Shown: in pieces, positions 10,323-19,475 of the stretch | Layout of the letters: each line of letters begins with the position of its first letter | How positions within the stretch are numbered: position 1 is the stretch's first letter | From: Elusimicrobiota bacterium | GTDB taxonomy: Bacteria > Elusimicrobiota > Elusimicrobia > FEN-1173 | Assembly (NCBI GenBank): GCA_016714745.1 | Contig: JADKCG010000018.1 | Coordinates: 16,981 to 80,980 of the forward strand | Reading direction: 5' to 3' | Length of the DNA stretch: 64,000 nucleotides | Translations under genes and position numbers: made by a program | The notes under the pieces: model-generated | What the model was told of the DNA's origin: nothing | The model's database searches: none | What the model saw: the letters and a program-made list of their open reading frames with translations, nothing else

Positions 10323-10928
10323 ATGAATTCAAAAAAGCTCATCGTTTTCGACATCGGCAACGTTCTGCTTCATTTCAGCAAGGAACGCGCCGGGAGAAAC
10401 TTTGACCAAATCGAGCCGGGCGCCGGGCCGGTTCTGGTCCGCGCCCTCTGGGAAACCCGGCTCGGACTTGACTTGGAAAAAGGCCAAGTCACCGGCCCGG
10501 AATTTTTCCGGCGCGCGGCGCGCCCCGCGGGGGTGCGCATGGGTTACTCGGCCTTTTGTCGAGCGTTCCGCGAAATTTTTACGCCCATTCCCGAAAACCT
10601 TCGCCTGTTGGTTCGTCTTTCGAAAACGCACCCCACCGCCCTTTTGTCCAACACCAGCGGTATCCATTGGCGTTACCTCCTCCGAACCACCCCCGCCCTC
10701 CAGGCCGCCCGCTGGCCCCTCGCCTCCCATCGATTGAAATGCGTGAAACCCAATCCCCTCATTTTTAAACTCTTGTCCAAAAAAACAGGTTTTGATTTTA
10801 AGGACATGGTTTACGTCGACGATCGCCCCGAATTCGTCCGCGCCGCCAAACGCTTGGGCATCAACGCCCTGTGCTACACCGGCCGCATCCCCTTAAAAAC
10901 CCTTTTCACCAAAGCCGGCGTCCGCTGA
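10323..10928 (+). CDS. HAD-superfamily hydrolase
   Basis: The N-terminal VFDIGNVLL (DxG/DxD-type motif I), the LSNTS motif II region and the distal VYVDDRPEF motif are present. 201 aa. Confidence 0.7.
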   Translation: MNSKKLIVFDIGNVLLHFSKERAGRNFDQIEPGAGPVLVRALWETRLGLDLEKGQVTGPEFFRRAARPAGVRMGYSAFCRAFREIFTPIPENLRLLVRLSKTHPTALLSNTSGIHWRYLLRTTPALQAARWPLASHRLKCVKPNPLIFKLLSKKTGFDFKDMVYVDDRPEFVRAAKRLGINALCYTGRIPLKTLFTKAGVR

Positions 10929-11163
10929 CGCCCCCACAGCGCACCGCCTTTGCGGGATTCGACCCCCAGGTTTCACGGACCATTTTGATATGATGAGGGC
11001 ACCATGAGCCGTGTCTCTGCAACCGCCTGGTTCCCCCGACTGAACACTCCTTTTGTAGTTGCCCCATTTATGGGGCCACCTTTTTTTAGGACGAGTTCTT
11101 CGGTCGGCGAAACGCCCGATAAATCGGAAAACAAAATTCACTTCGGAACGCTAAACTGACACC

Positions 11164-11934
11164 ATGAGTCTCTATCTCCGCCAAATGCAGTTGGGCCCCA
11201 TGGAAAACTTCGTGTATCTCGTGGGGGATACCGAGGTCAAAAAATGCGTCGTGGTGGATCCCGCTTGGGAAATCGACCGCGCCTGGGCCCAGGCCGAAAA
11301 AGACGGGTATACGGTGGAAGGGGCTCTTCTGACCCATGGCCACTACGACCACTGCAACGCCGTCGAAGAACTGTTGGCCAAACGGAACGTGCCGATTTAC
11401 GTCCATCCCAAAGAACTGGAGTATCTGGACAAAGGCGCCCCGCGGGGTCTCTTTCTGGATTTGCCGAAGGACCACGTTAAACCCGTCCAATCCGGCGATA
11501 GGTTGACCTTAGGGAAAACGTCCATCACTTTTCTTCACACGCCCGGCCACACGCCGGGCTCCCAATGTTTTTTGGTCAACGAACAGCTCATGTCCGGCGA
11601 CACGCTTTTCCTAGGCTCCTGCGGCCGCTGTGACCTCCCGGGCTCCAGCCCCAACGATTTGTATGACAGCCTAAACCGCGTGATCGGCCAACTCCCGCCG
11701 ACAACGGTTTTATTCCCCGGCCACAACTATTCGGCCAAAGGAACCAAAGGCATCCTGTCGGACGAAAAAAAGACCAACCGTTTTCTGAACGCCCACCGCC
11801 TAGAAGATTTTCTGAGAATGGTCGCTACTAACACACTCAGGGGACGGTTTTGTAAAATTGCATATCTTTTTATTGGTGGCACGCGAAAAGCGGGGAACCG
11901 GCGAAAGATTGCCGGGCGGTTAGCTCAGCGGTAG
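11164..11934 (+). CDS. MBL-fold metallo-hydrolase (glyoxalase II-like); 3' end uncertain
   Basis: THGHYDHCNAV (HxHxDH), HTPGHTPGS and FPGHNY motifs are present. The ORF runs about 20 nt into the tRNA-Val gene, so the true stop may be hidden by an indel near 11805-11815. Confidence 0.7.
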   Translation: MSLYLRQMQLGPMENFVYLVGDTEVKKCVVVDPAWEIDRAWAQAEKDGYTVEGALLTHGHYDHCNAVEELLAKRNVPIYVHPKELEYLDKGAPRGLFLDLPKDHVKPVQSGDRLTLGKTSITFLHTPGHTPGSQCFLVNEQLMSGDTLFLGSCGRCDLPGSSPNDLYDSLNRVIGQLPPTTVLFPGHNYSAKGTKGILSDEKKTNRFLNAHRLEDFLRMVATNTLRGRFCKIAYLFIGGTRKAGNRRKIAGRLAQR

Positions 11935-11985
11935 AGCATTCGCCTTACACGCGAAGGGTCACAGGTTCGAGCCCTGTACCGCCCA
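11914..11985 (+). tRNA. tRNA-Val (anticodon UAC)
   Basis: Hand-folded cloverleaf:
- acceptor GGGCGGT/ACCGCCC
- D arm GCTC-AGCGGTA-GAGC
- anticodon arm TTCGC-CTTACAC-GCGAA
- variable loop GGGTC
- T arm ACAGG-TTCGAGC-CCTGT
- discriminator A. Confidence 0.85.
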
Positions 11986-12017
11986 AATTTAAATAGGAAC
12001 CAAGCACAGGCGAAACG

Positions 12018-12166
12018 ATTCGCCTTACGTGTGCGCGCAATGCCGCTAGGCATAGTCCCGGTTTGTCGGATGGGAGAGGCCGGACCCACTGGACCGGCCG
12101 AGCCCACATGCCCCGCGTATTGAGCGGGGCACGCGAAGGTCACAGGTTCGAGCCCTGTACCGCCCA
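12018..12166 (+). pseudogene. partial second copy of tRNA-Val (anticodon arm to 3' end) carrying a 102-nt structured insertion in the anticodon loop
   Basis: ATTCGCCTTAC (12018-12028) and ACGCGAAGGTCACAGGTTCGAGCCCTGTACCGCCCA (12131-12166) repeat positions 11938-11985 of the intact gene with one deleted G. No acceptor 5' strand or D arm precedes it. Confidence 0.6.
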
Positions 12167-12303
12167 AGTTTGCTTAAAAGGTGGACTCTCTCCCGCCAGC
12201 GATCCTGACGCGAGAGAGGGCTGGGGAGGGGGTGGGGTTTCTCGACGTCTAACGGATCATAGATCCGAGTCGTCGCAAACCGTCCCTCTTTTTCAAGGGG
12301 GCT

Positions 12304-12755
12304 TTAGGTTTTCTTATCGTCGGGTTTTGCGGGGAGTTTTAGGCCAACGAAAGCGGTGAGATCTTTTAATTGAAGAATCTTGCCGTCGGCGGTCCAATGC
12401 CCGTCAGGGACTTCCTGGACGATGATCCAGGCTTCATCGAACCCGAGCGTTTTTCCCGCCGTTTTGGATAATGGCGGTGGATTTCAAGGCCCATCCGCCG
12501 TTTGCGCGCCAGGCTCACCGCCCCGACGGGGACCGTGACCCTCACCAGAAACCGAAGGTCGGCGGGGGGCTCCCCGGCAATGGCCCAGCTCCCGTGCGCG
12601 GCTTCGTTGATCAAAATCCAAGTCAGGCTTCGGGCCCGCGCACTGTCCGGAACACCTTCCGCTTTCAACACGGCCGTGGTGAGCTCTTTGATGAGCGTCT
12701 GTTTTTCCGGGCCGGGCAAAAACCCGGCGGGGACGGTTATTTCGACCAAAGGCAT
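12304..12755 (-). CDS. tautomerase-family protein (4-OT-like, Pro1), apparent frameshift near 12455-12480
   Basis: GGAG RBS followed by MPLVEITVPAGFL..., the N-terminal Met-Pro typical of tautomerases. After ...GLEIH the plausible continuation LSKTAGKTLGFDEAWIIVQEVPDGHWTADGKILQLKDL... is in another frame and stops at 12304-12306. Confidence 0.55.
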
Positions 12756-12863
12756 AAAGGAACTCCTGGTCTGACAGAGTTGCTTGCAACGGTGGCCCTC
12801 AAGGATGCCGCGCCGCACAGCCGTTCAATTGAAACGTCCTCGCCAAATGGGCGAGACCTCACT

Positions 12864-13167
12864 TTAAACTTTTTCTTTAGCAAAGGTTTCTATTAAAAGG
12901 CCCACCAGACCCCAAAACAGCCACGCCAAAAACATGATCGCCAAAATCCACCCACCCACAAACAAGAAAAAGATCATGACGTAGCCGTACCCTTCGTTGG
13001 CGGGTCCCGCCGTATTGATGGCCCCGGTAACGCCGATCAACGCGACGGCAACCCACGCAACGAGCAGAATCCAAAAAAGCGGCCCACCAAAGCCGTTTTA
13101 GTTTTTGGAGAAGAACCTTCCCGCGGGTTTGGCTGATGCCGTAGATCATCGTTTGTGAAAGACTCAA
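12864..13167 (-). CDS. small two-helix membrane protein; start and frame ambiguous
   Basis: One minus-strand frame reads GFGGPLFWILLVAWVAVALIGVTGAINTAGPANEGYGYVMIFFLFVGGWILAIMFLAWLFWGLVGLLIETFAKEKV and stops at 12864-12866. The track ORF 12877..13167 is in a different, Arg-rich frame, so another indel is likely. Confidence 0.3.
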
Positions 13168-13416
13168 CCCATCATACCATTACGCCGAAAATCGAACATC
13201 CCCGTCGCTCCTAGGCCGCCTTCGTTCGTTGATTATGTTTCTAGTCTATTGAATGGTTTTCCCTCTCCCGCCGGCGGCGCCAGGGGCGCTGAGGGGGGAG
13301 AGGGAATGTTGTCGAAAGAAATAAGGCCGGCCATCCGCCCCCTCCCTGGCCCATGGGGAAAAGGTCACCCCCGTCGATGACGGGAGAACGGCCAAGAAAT
13401 TCCATCCAAAAAACCC

Positions 13417-13473
13417 TTGACCTCCGCCGTTTGGCGTATTATCCTATTACTGACTGAACGTTTAGTCACTAAT
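13417..13473 (+). promoter_or_regulatory. candidate sigma70-like promoter and 28-bp palindromic operator upstream of the TetR gene
   Basis: TTGACC at 13417-13422, followed by TATTAT/TATCCT candidates. ATTACTGACTGAACGTTTAGTCACTAAT (13446-13473) matches its own reverse complement at 24 of 28 positions and ends 10 nt before the TetR ATG. Confidence 0.5.
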
Positions 13474-13483
13474 AGGAGGGGCG

Positions 13484-14080
13484 ATGTCCCGAACGCGTTC
13501 GGAACCTTTTGAGGTGCGACGGCGCCGCGTCATGGAGGCGGCGGCGGCCGCGCTGGTGGAGCAGGGATATCATGAGGTTAAATTAGAGGGTATTGCCCGG
13601 CGAGCAGGCCTCTCGAAAGGCGCGCTTTACCTTTACTTTAAGGATAAAGAGGATATTTTTGCCGCGGTTCTGAGCGATGTGGTCGATCGGATTGAAGACC
13701 GGTTGCGGGCGGTCCCGGAAAAAGGGGCGCCCCTCAAGGCTCTGTCGGAGATGGCCTCGGCGTTGTTGGATTGCGTGGACACGCACACAGATTTCCTGAT
13801 TCAGTTCTCGCGGGAAACCCCGAACCTCTGCGGGGAAAAGGCGGGGAAAGTTCTTCAAGAACGGTTCACCCGGGTGCTGGCCCATATCGCGGACCGTATT
13901 CAACGCTGTGTTCGGGCCGGCGATCTCAAACGGCACGACCGGTCCGTGGGAAGTCTTTTTTTCTTTTCCCTGCTCCGGATGTTGGTTTTGCAAAAAATTG
14001 TCCGTAAGACGTCCGCCCCGCTCAATAAACAAACAGGGGCGATGATGGACCTCTTCCTGAATGGGCTGGGGAAACGATAG
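13484..14080 (+). CDS. TetR/AcrR-family transcriptional regulator
   Basis: The N-terminal HTH region is VEQGYHEVKLEGIARRAGLSKGALYLYFKDKEDIF. 198 aa, immediately upstream of the efflux genes. Confidence 0.85.
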   Translation: MSRTRSEPFEVRRRRVMEAAAAALVEQGYHEVKLEGIARRAGLSKGALYLYFKDKEDIFAAVLSDVVDRIEDRLRAVPEKGAPLKALSEMASALLDCVDTHTDFLIQFSRETPNLCGEKAGKVLQERFTRVLAHIADRIQRCVRAGDLKRHDRSVGSLFFFSLLRMLVLQKIVRKTSAPLNKQTGAMMDLFLNGLGKR

Positions 14081-15417
14081 ACCCATGGGGCGAACGGGTG
14101 TGGTTCTGGGCGTTTGGCTCCTGGCGATATCGCTGGGCGGGGCGGTGGCGTCCGACCGGGACCCGTCCGCCCTGACCTTGGAGCAAGCGGTGTCCCTGGG
14201 GTTGGAGCGGAACGTGGACATTGCCCTCGCCGAACAAAATGTCGCTCAAATGACCAGCCGGTATCGGGAAATCGTTGGCATGGGCCTGCCGGAGATCAGC
14301 GCCTCGGGGGGGTACACCCGGAATTACAAAGCGCCCCTGGCGTTCACGAACGGGACCAAAATGCGCATGGGGGAATTGAACGGGATGACGGCCACGGTGG
14401 ACGCCGAACAAATCCTCTACGCCGGTGGCAGTGTCCGGGCCGGTCAGCGAGCCGCCCGGGCGGGGATGGCCGCCACGAAAGAAGCTCTTCGGGCCGCCCA
14501 AGAAGAAACGGTTTTCGCTGTGAAACGGTTGTTTTGGCGAATCGTGTTGGCCAGCGCCACCGTTTCCATCCAACAAGACACCGTGGCCTCGGCTGAGGAC
14601 CATCTCAACACCATTCGAACCCGTTTCAAAGAAGGGTTGGACAGCGACCTCACGGTGCTCCGTCAGGAAGTGGAGGTTGCTGGCACAAAACCCTTATTGA
14701 TTCGGGCCAAGAATTTGCTGGAAACGGGACTGACCCACCTCAAAAATACGTTGAAAATGGACGTGGACCACCCTCTTTCGATTTCGGGCGACCTCCCGTT
14801 TCCTACGGACCCTCTTCCCCCCTATGAAGGTTTGGTCCATTTTGCGTTGGATCATGACGCCACGCTCCAAGCGGCCCGCCAGCGGTCCCTTTCCGCCCAA
14901 CACAACGTGGGTGTCGTTCGGGGAAACGCTCTGGCCGTCCCTTTCTCTCTTTGGCCGGTACCAATGGCAGGCCCAATCCCCCGATTTTTCCCCCACGGCG
15001 GACCAGAAAGGGGAAAGCCTGGCGGCGGGCCTTCGCGCCTACACACCGTTGTTCATGGGCGGGTCCAACCTGGAACGAACCCGCCAAGCCGAGCTCGAAT
15101 ACCAAAAGAGTTTGGAACTGGTAGACCAAGCCGAACGGGCCGTCCGCGTGGCGCTCAAAACGGATTATTTGGATGCCCAGGAAGCGCTGGAACGGGCACT
15201 GTCCCAAAACACCGCCATCGCCCAAGCCCGCCGTGCCCTCGATGCCATGGAGGTGCGTTACCGGGCGGGCCAAGCCAGCCAGCTGGACCTGAACGACGCC
15301 ACCCTCTCCCTCCAACGGGCCCGGTTGGCTCACGTTTTGGCTTTGAGCGACTATTGGACCAGCGTCGCCGCCGTCGAAAAAACAACAGGCGAACATTTTA
15401 AGGAGAGTGTCCCATGA
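14061..15417 (+). CDS. TolC-family outer-membrane efflux protein, apparent frameshift near 14919-14927
   Basis: A signal-like N-terminus is followed by LTLEQAVSLGLERNVDIALAEQNV, the typical OEP repeat start. The second half (track ORF 14824..15417) has LELVDQAERAVRVALKTDYLDAQEAL...RYRAGQASQLDLNDA. The two halves join at a GGGGAAA run. The start may be at 14085. Confidence 0.8.
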
Positions 15418-16289
15418 CATGGATTAATCGGTTGGTTCTTTTGGTTTTACTGGCGAGCATCGCCTGCGGGAAAAAAGAGGCGGTCATCGTTCCCCTCGAC
15501 GCTTTCCCGGTCCGTGTCGCCTCGGTCCGTCGGCAAACGGTGGAGGAGGCCTTGACCCTGGTGGGAACCGTCAAAGCGAAAGACGAGGCCACGCTCTTTT
15601 CGCGCGTCTCCGGTAAATTGGTGGAGAACCTGGTCAAGGAGGGCGATCGCGTGAAGATTGACCAGCCCGTGGCCCTGGTCCGCCGGGACGAAGTGGGGGT
15701 TGAATATAAGCCCGCCCCGGTATTATCCACCTTGAACGGCATCGTGGGGCGCGTTTATCTGGACCGTGGGGCCGAAGTGGGGCTGAACACCCCCGTTGTC
15801 TTGGTGGTGGACGACAGCCGTATGCTGGTTCGAGCGGAAGTCCCAGAACGATACGCCGGTCGGATCGCCACGGGCCAGCGGGTTCGGGTCCAGGTGGCGG
15901 CCCGGGCGGAGGGGGATGTGCCGGGGCGGATCACCCGGGTATCGCCGGTGGTGGAAGCCGCCACCCGCGCCGTGCCGATTGAGGTCACGTTAAACAATCC
16001 GCCCGGCATCCTTAAGTCCGGCATGTTCGCTTCGCTTTCGGTGGTAACCTCGTCTCGGGCGGGCGCTCTCACGGTTCCCGTCGACGCGCTGGTGGAGGGG
16101 GAGACCGCCGCTGTTTTTGTCGTGCTCGACGGCAAAGCCCACCGGCGCCCCGTGACCACGGGGATCCGCTCCGAATCGGCGGTGGAAATCCTTTCCGGCC
16201 TGTCCGAAGGGGATTCGGTGGTTGTCTTTGGCCTCTACGGTTTGGAAGACGGCAGCCCGGTGGAAATTCTTAAAGACCCCGCCCCATGA
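15414..16289 (+). CDS. efflux RND periplasmic adaptor (membrane fusion protein)
   Basis: Lipoprotein-like N-terminus LLASIACGKK, with a HlyD/AcrA-like beta-barrel and lipoyl segments. The start overlaps the TolC stop and the stop overlaps the RND start. Confidence 0.85.
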   Translation: MTWINRLVLLVLLASIACGKKEAVIVPLDAFPVRVASVRRQTVEEALTLVGTVKAKDEATLFSRVSGKLVENLVKEGDRVKIDQPVALVRRDEVGVEYKPAPVLSTLNGIVGRVYLDRGAEVGLNTPVVLVVDDSRMLVRAEVPERYAGRIATGQRVRVQVAARAEGDVPGRITRVSPVVEAATRAVPIEVTLNNPPGILKSGMFASLSVVTSSRAGALTVPVDALVEGETAAVFVVLDGKAHRRPVTTGIRSESAVEILSGLSEGDSVVVFGLYGLEDGSPVEILKDPAP

Positions 16290-19200
16290 AACTCGCCGAC
16301 ATCAGTATTCGCCGCCCTGTCTTCGCCACCATGATGATCGCGGCCCTGGTGGTGCTGGGGCTGTTTTCTTTTGGGCGGCTGGGGGTGGATTTATTTCCTA
16401 ATATCGATTTCCCGATCGTCACGGTTTCCACCACCCTGAAAGGCGCCAGCCCCGAAGAGATCGAAACATCCCTCACCAAACCGATCGAAGAGGCCGTGAA
16501 CACCATTTCGGGCATCGACGAGCTCCGTTCCACCAGTTTCGAGGGGCTCAGCCAGGTCATCGTTACCTTTGTCTTGGAGAAAAACGCCGACGTGGGCGCC
16601 CAGGAGGTCCGGGACGCCGTGAGCCGCGTCATTCGGAATCTGCCCCAAGGAACGGACCCTCCCGTGATTCAAAAATTCGATCCCGGCGCGAGCCCGGTCA
16701 TGTCCATCGCCGTCAGCGCCAACCGGCCGCTCCGCGACATCACCGAGCTGGCGCGCAAACAGATCAAAGAACCCCTGGAAACCCTCAAGGGGGTCGGCCG
16801 CATCACCATGGTGGGCGGCCGGGAACGGGAAATTCATGTGGTGGTGGACGCTCAAAAATTGGCCGCCCTCTCGCTCTCGATCCAGCAGGTGAAAGACGCC
16901 CTCAAACAACAAAACATCGAAGTCCCCGGCGGCCGCGTGGACCAAAACCGGCGCGAACTCATTTTGCGCACCATGGGACGCATCGAGGACCCGGCGGCCT
17001 TTGGAGACGTCATCGTCGCCAACCGCGGGGGCATGCCCCTCCGCGTTCGAGACGTGGCCCGGGTCGAAGATACCGAAGAAGAACCCCGAACGATGGCCCG
17101 CTTGGACGGCGCGCCCACGGTGTCCCTGGTCGTTCAAAAACAATCCGGCGCCAACACGGTGGAAGTGATTCGAAGCGTCAAAGAAGCGTTGGCCGAATTG
17201 CGGGCCACCCTTCCCCCCGGTTTGTCGGCCCGCGTGGTCCGGGACCAGTCCGGTTTCATCCTCTCCTCGGTGCGGACCGTCGAGGAACATCTGATCCTGG
17301 GAGCCCTCCTGGCCAGTTTAGTGGTGCTTCTTTTTATGGGCGACTGGCGGAGCACCTTGATCGCGTCCGTCGCCATCCCCACCTCCCTGATCGCCACGTT
17401 CATCTTGATGGACTTGGCGGGGTTTACGCTCAACAATATGACCCTCTTGGCCCTGGCCCTGGCGGTGGGCGTGGTGATCGACGACGCCATCGTCGTCTTG
17501 GAAAACATTTTCCGCCACATGGAAGAGGAAGGGAAACCCGCTCGGCAAGCGGCGTTTGAAGCCACCGATGAAATCGGCCTGGCTGTCATGGCCACCACGG
17601 TTTCTCTCATCATTATCTTTCTGCCCTTGGCGTATATGCCGGGAATCGTGGGCCGGTTTCTGAAAAGTTACGGCCTCACCGTGGCCTTTGCCATCGGGGT
17701 GAGCCTTTTCGTCGCCTTCTCCTTGACCCCCATGTTATGCTCCCGCTATTTAAAAACAACCACCGGCCCCCGCCACCGGCTCCAAATCGCGGTGGATCGG
17801 CTGAACGACTGGCTGAAAGAAGGTTACGGTCGTTTGATCCTGTGGTCGCTTCATCGGCGCTGGGTGTTGGTGGTCACGGCGGCGGGCCTGATCCTGTCCA
17901 CTGGCGTGATCATCCGCCACGTGGGAAAGGATTTCATCCCGCCGGACGATTCCAGCGAGTTTCAGGTGACCCTCAAAACGCCCGAGGGCACCTCCTTGGC
18001 CATGACCTCCAAAATTCTCGAACAGTTGGAAGCGGAACTGCGGCGGCTTCCCGGGGTCAAGAGCCTGCTCACCTCTGTGGGGGAAGGGGAAGGCGCCAGC
18101 GTCAACGATGGCTTGATCTATGTCCGCCTGGAGGACCTTTCCCAACGAAAGCAGTCCCAATTCTCGACCATGGCCCAAGCCCGTCGCGCCTTTGCCAAAT
18201 ACAAGGGACTTCGCATCGGGGTGGCCGTTATCAGCCCCATCTCGGGGGGCGGGTTCAAGGACGCCGATTTCACTTATTTTCTCACCGGGCCTGATTTGAA
18301 GGGACTTCAAACCGCCGCCGCGACCATTCAAGCCCGGTTGAAAAAGATTCCCGGCATGATGGACGTGGACTCCAGCCTCGTTTTCGCCAAACCCGAGCTG
18401 AAAGTGCGCATTAACCGCGAGCGGGCCCAAGACCTGGGCGTCAAAGTGGAAGACATCGCCAACACGCTCCGCACCATGGTGGGGGGGGAAGAAGACATCA
18501 CCAAATATAAAGAGGGGGATGACCTTTACCAGGTCCGACTGCGGGTGGGCAAGGACGACCGAAACCGCGCGGAGGCCATTTCCGGGCTCACGGTGCCATC
18601 GACCCGCGGCTTGGTTCGGTTGGACAACGTGGCCGCGCTTGCGGAAGAGCGGGGCCCCGCCCAAATCGACCGCATCAACCGTCAACGTCAGGTGAGTTTC
18701 ACCGCCAACCTTCAGGGCCTGCCCATTGGGGACGCCATCAAGAAGGCGGAAGCCATTACAAAAAGTCTCCATCTTCCGCCTGAATATAAAAGCGGTTTGT
18801 TGGGCAAGGCCAAAGAGTTCGGCCGCATGATCCGGGGATTTTTGATCGCTTTTGGCCTGGCTTTCATTTTTATGTATATGGTGTTGGGAGCCCAATTCGA
18901 AAGCTTTTTGCATCCCGTCACGATTCTCTTGTCTTTGCCCCTCTCGATCCCCTTCGCCCTGCTCTCTCTTTTGATTGTCGGCCAAACCCTCACCATCTTT
19001 TCGATCATGGGCGTTTTCATGCTGTTCGGCATCGTGAAGAAAAACGCCATCCTCCAGGTGGATTACACCAACACCCTCCGATCCCGCGGCATGGATCGGA
19101 ACGCCGCCATCCTGGAAGCCAACAAAACGCGCTTAAGACCGATTTTAATGACCACGTTGGTATTGGTCGCGGCCATGACCCCCGTGGCTCTAGGGAAAGG

Positions 19201-19369
19201 CCCCGGCGCCGCCAACCGCGCCACCATGGCCGTCGTGATCGTCGGCGGCCAGTCCCTCTGTTTATTAATCACCCTCCTCATCACCCCCGTCGCCTATTCC
19301 CTCTTCGACGACGCCGCCGCGTGGGTAAAAACAAAAAGGTCCTCCGGTCGATCGATCCATAAGTTCTGA
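16286..19369 (+). CDS. RND efflux permease (AcrB/HAE1-like)
   Basis: 1027 aa. It begins MKLADISIRRPVFATMMIAALVVLG and shows the 12-TM architecture, including VGVVIDDAIVVLENI and VKKNAILQVDY. Confidence 0.9.
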   Translation: MKLADISIRRPVFATMMIAALVVLGLFSFGRLGVDLFPNIDFPIVTVSTTLKGASPEEIETSLTKPIEEAVNTISGIDELRSTSFEGLSQVIVTFVLEKNADVGAQEVRDAVSRVIRNLPQGTDPPVIQKFDPGASPVMSIAVSANRPLRDITELARKQIKEPLETLKGVGRITMVGGREREIHVVVDAQKLAALSLSIQQVKDALKQQNIEVPGGRVDQNRRELILRTMGRIEDPAAFGDVIVANRGGMPLRVRDVARVEDTEEEPRTMARLDGAPTVSLVVQKQSGANTVEVIRSVKEALAELRATLPPGLSARVVRDQSGFILSSVRTVEEHLILGALLASLVVLLFMGDWRSTLIASVAIPTSLIATFILMDLAGFTLNNMTLLALALAVGVVIDDAIVVLENIFRHMEEEGKPARQAAFEATDEIGLAVMATTVSLIIIFLPLAYMPGIVGRFLKSYGLTVAFAIGVSLFVAFSLTPMLCSRYLKTTTGPRHRLQIAVDRLNDWLKEGYGRLILWSLHRRWVLVVTAAGLILSTGVIIRHVGKDFIPPDDSSEFQVTLKTPEGTSLAMTSKILEQLEAELRRLPGVKSLLTSVGEGEGASVNDGLIYVRLEDLSQRKQSQFSTMAQARRAFAKYKGLRIGVAVISPISGGGFKDADFTYFLTGPDLKGLQTAAATIQARLKKIPGMMDVDSSLVFAKPELKVRINRERAQDLGVKVEDIANTLRTMVGGEEDITKYKEGDDLYQVRLRVGKDDRNRAEAISGLTVPSTRGLVRLDNVAALAEERGPAQIDRINRQRQVSFTANLQGLPIGDAIKKAEAITKSLHLPPEYKSGLLGKAKEFGRMIRGFLIAFGLAFIFMYMVLGAQFESFLHPVTILLSLPLSIPFALLSLLIVGQTLTIFSIMGVFMLFGIVKKNAILQVDYTNTLRSRGMDRNAAILEANKTRLRPILMTTLVLVAAMTPVALGKGPGAANRATMAVVIVGGQSLCLLITLLITPVAYSLFDDAAAWVKTKRSSGRSIHKF

Positions 19370-19475
19370 CGCGCCACATCAGAGCGCGAAACCCATCGTT
19401 AACCTATCTCGAAAAATGGAATAATCTTATTTTCGAAACCTTGTTGTTTCTTGCAACGTAAAAGGAGAGGGATCC

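Noticed and set aside
12029-12130. A nested tRNA or known ribozyme within the 102-nt insert of the tRNA-Val partial copy
   Set aside because: The hairpin GCCCCGC-GTATTGA-GCGGGGC has a 7-bp stem and lacks U33. No cloverleaf can be drawn on either strand, and I recognise no ribozyme core. It is left as an unexplained structured insert.
11925-12359. Track ORFs 11925..12167(-) and 12063..12359(+)
   Set aside because: They overlap the tRNA-Val gene, its partial duplicate and GC-rich hairpins. Their composition is typical of non-coding GC-rich translation.
16391-18985. Long antisense or alternative-frame ORFs inside the RND pump gene, for example 17750..18985(-) of 411 aa and 16391..17290(-) of 299 aa
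   Set aside because: These are shadow ORFs of a high-GC gene. They are rich in Arg/Gly/Pro/His and lack motifs, and the sense frame has unambiguous AcrB-family sequence. The same reasoning rejects these:
- 20029..20676(-)
- 23112..24122(-)
- 43543..44481(-)
- 49889..50887(-)
- 55095..55847(-)
- 53993..54574(-)
- 21753..22523(+)
- 9550..10155(+)
- 7089..7694(+)
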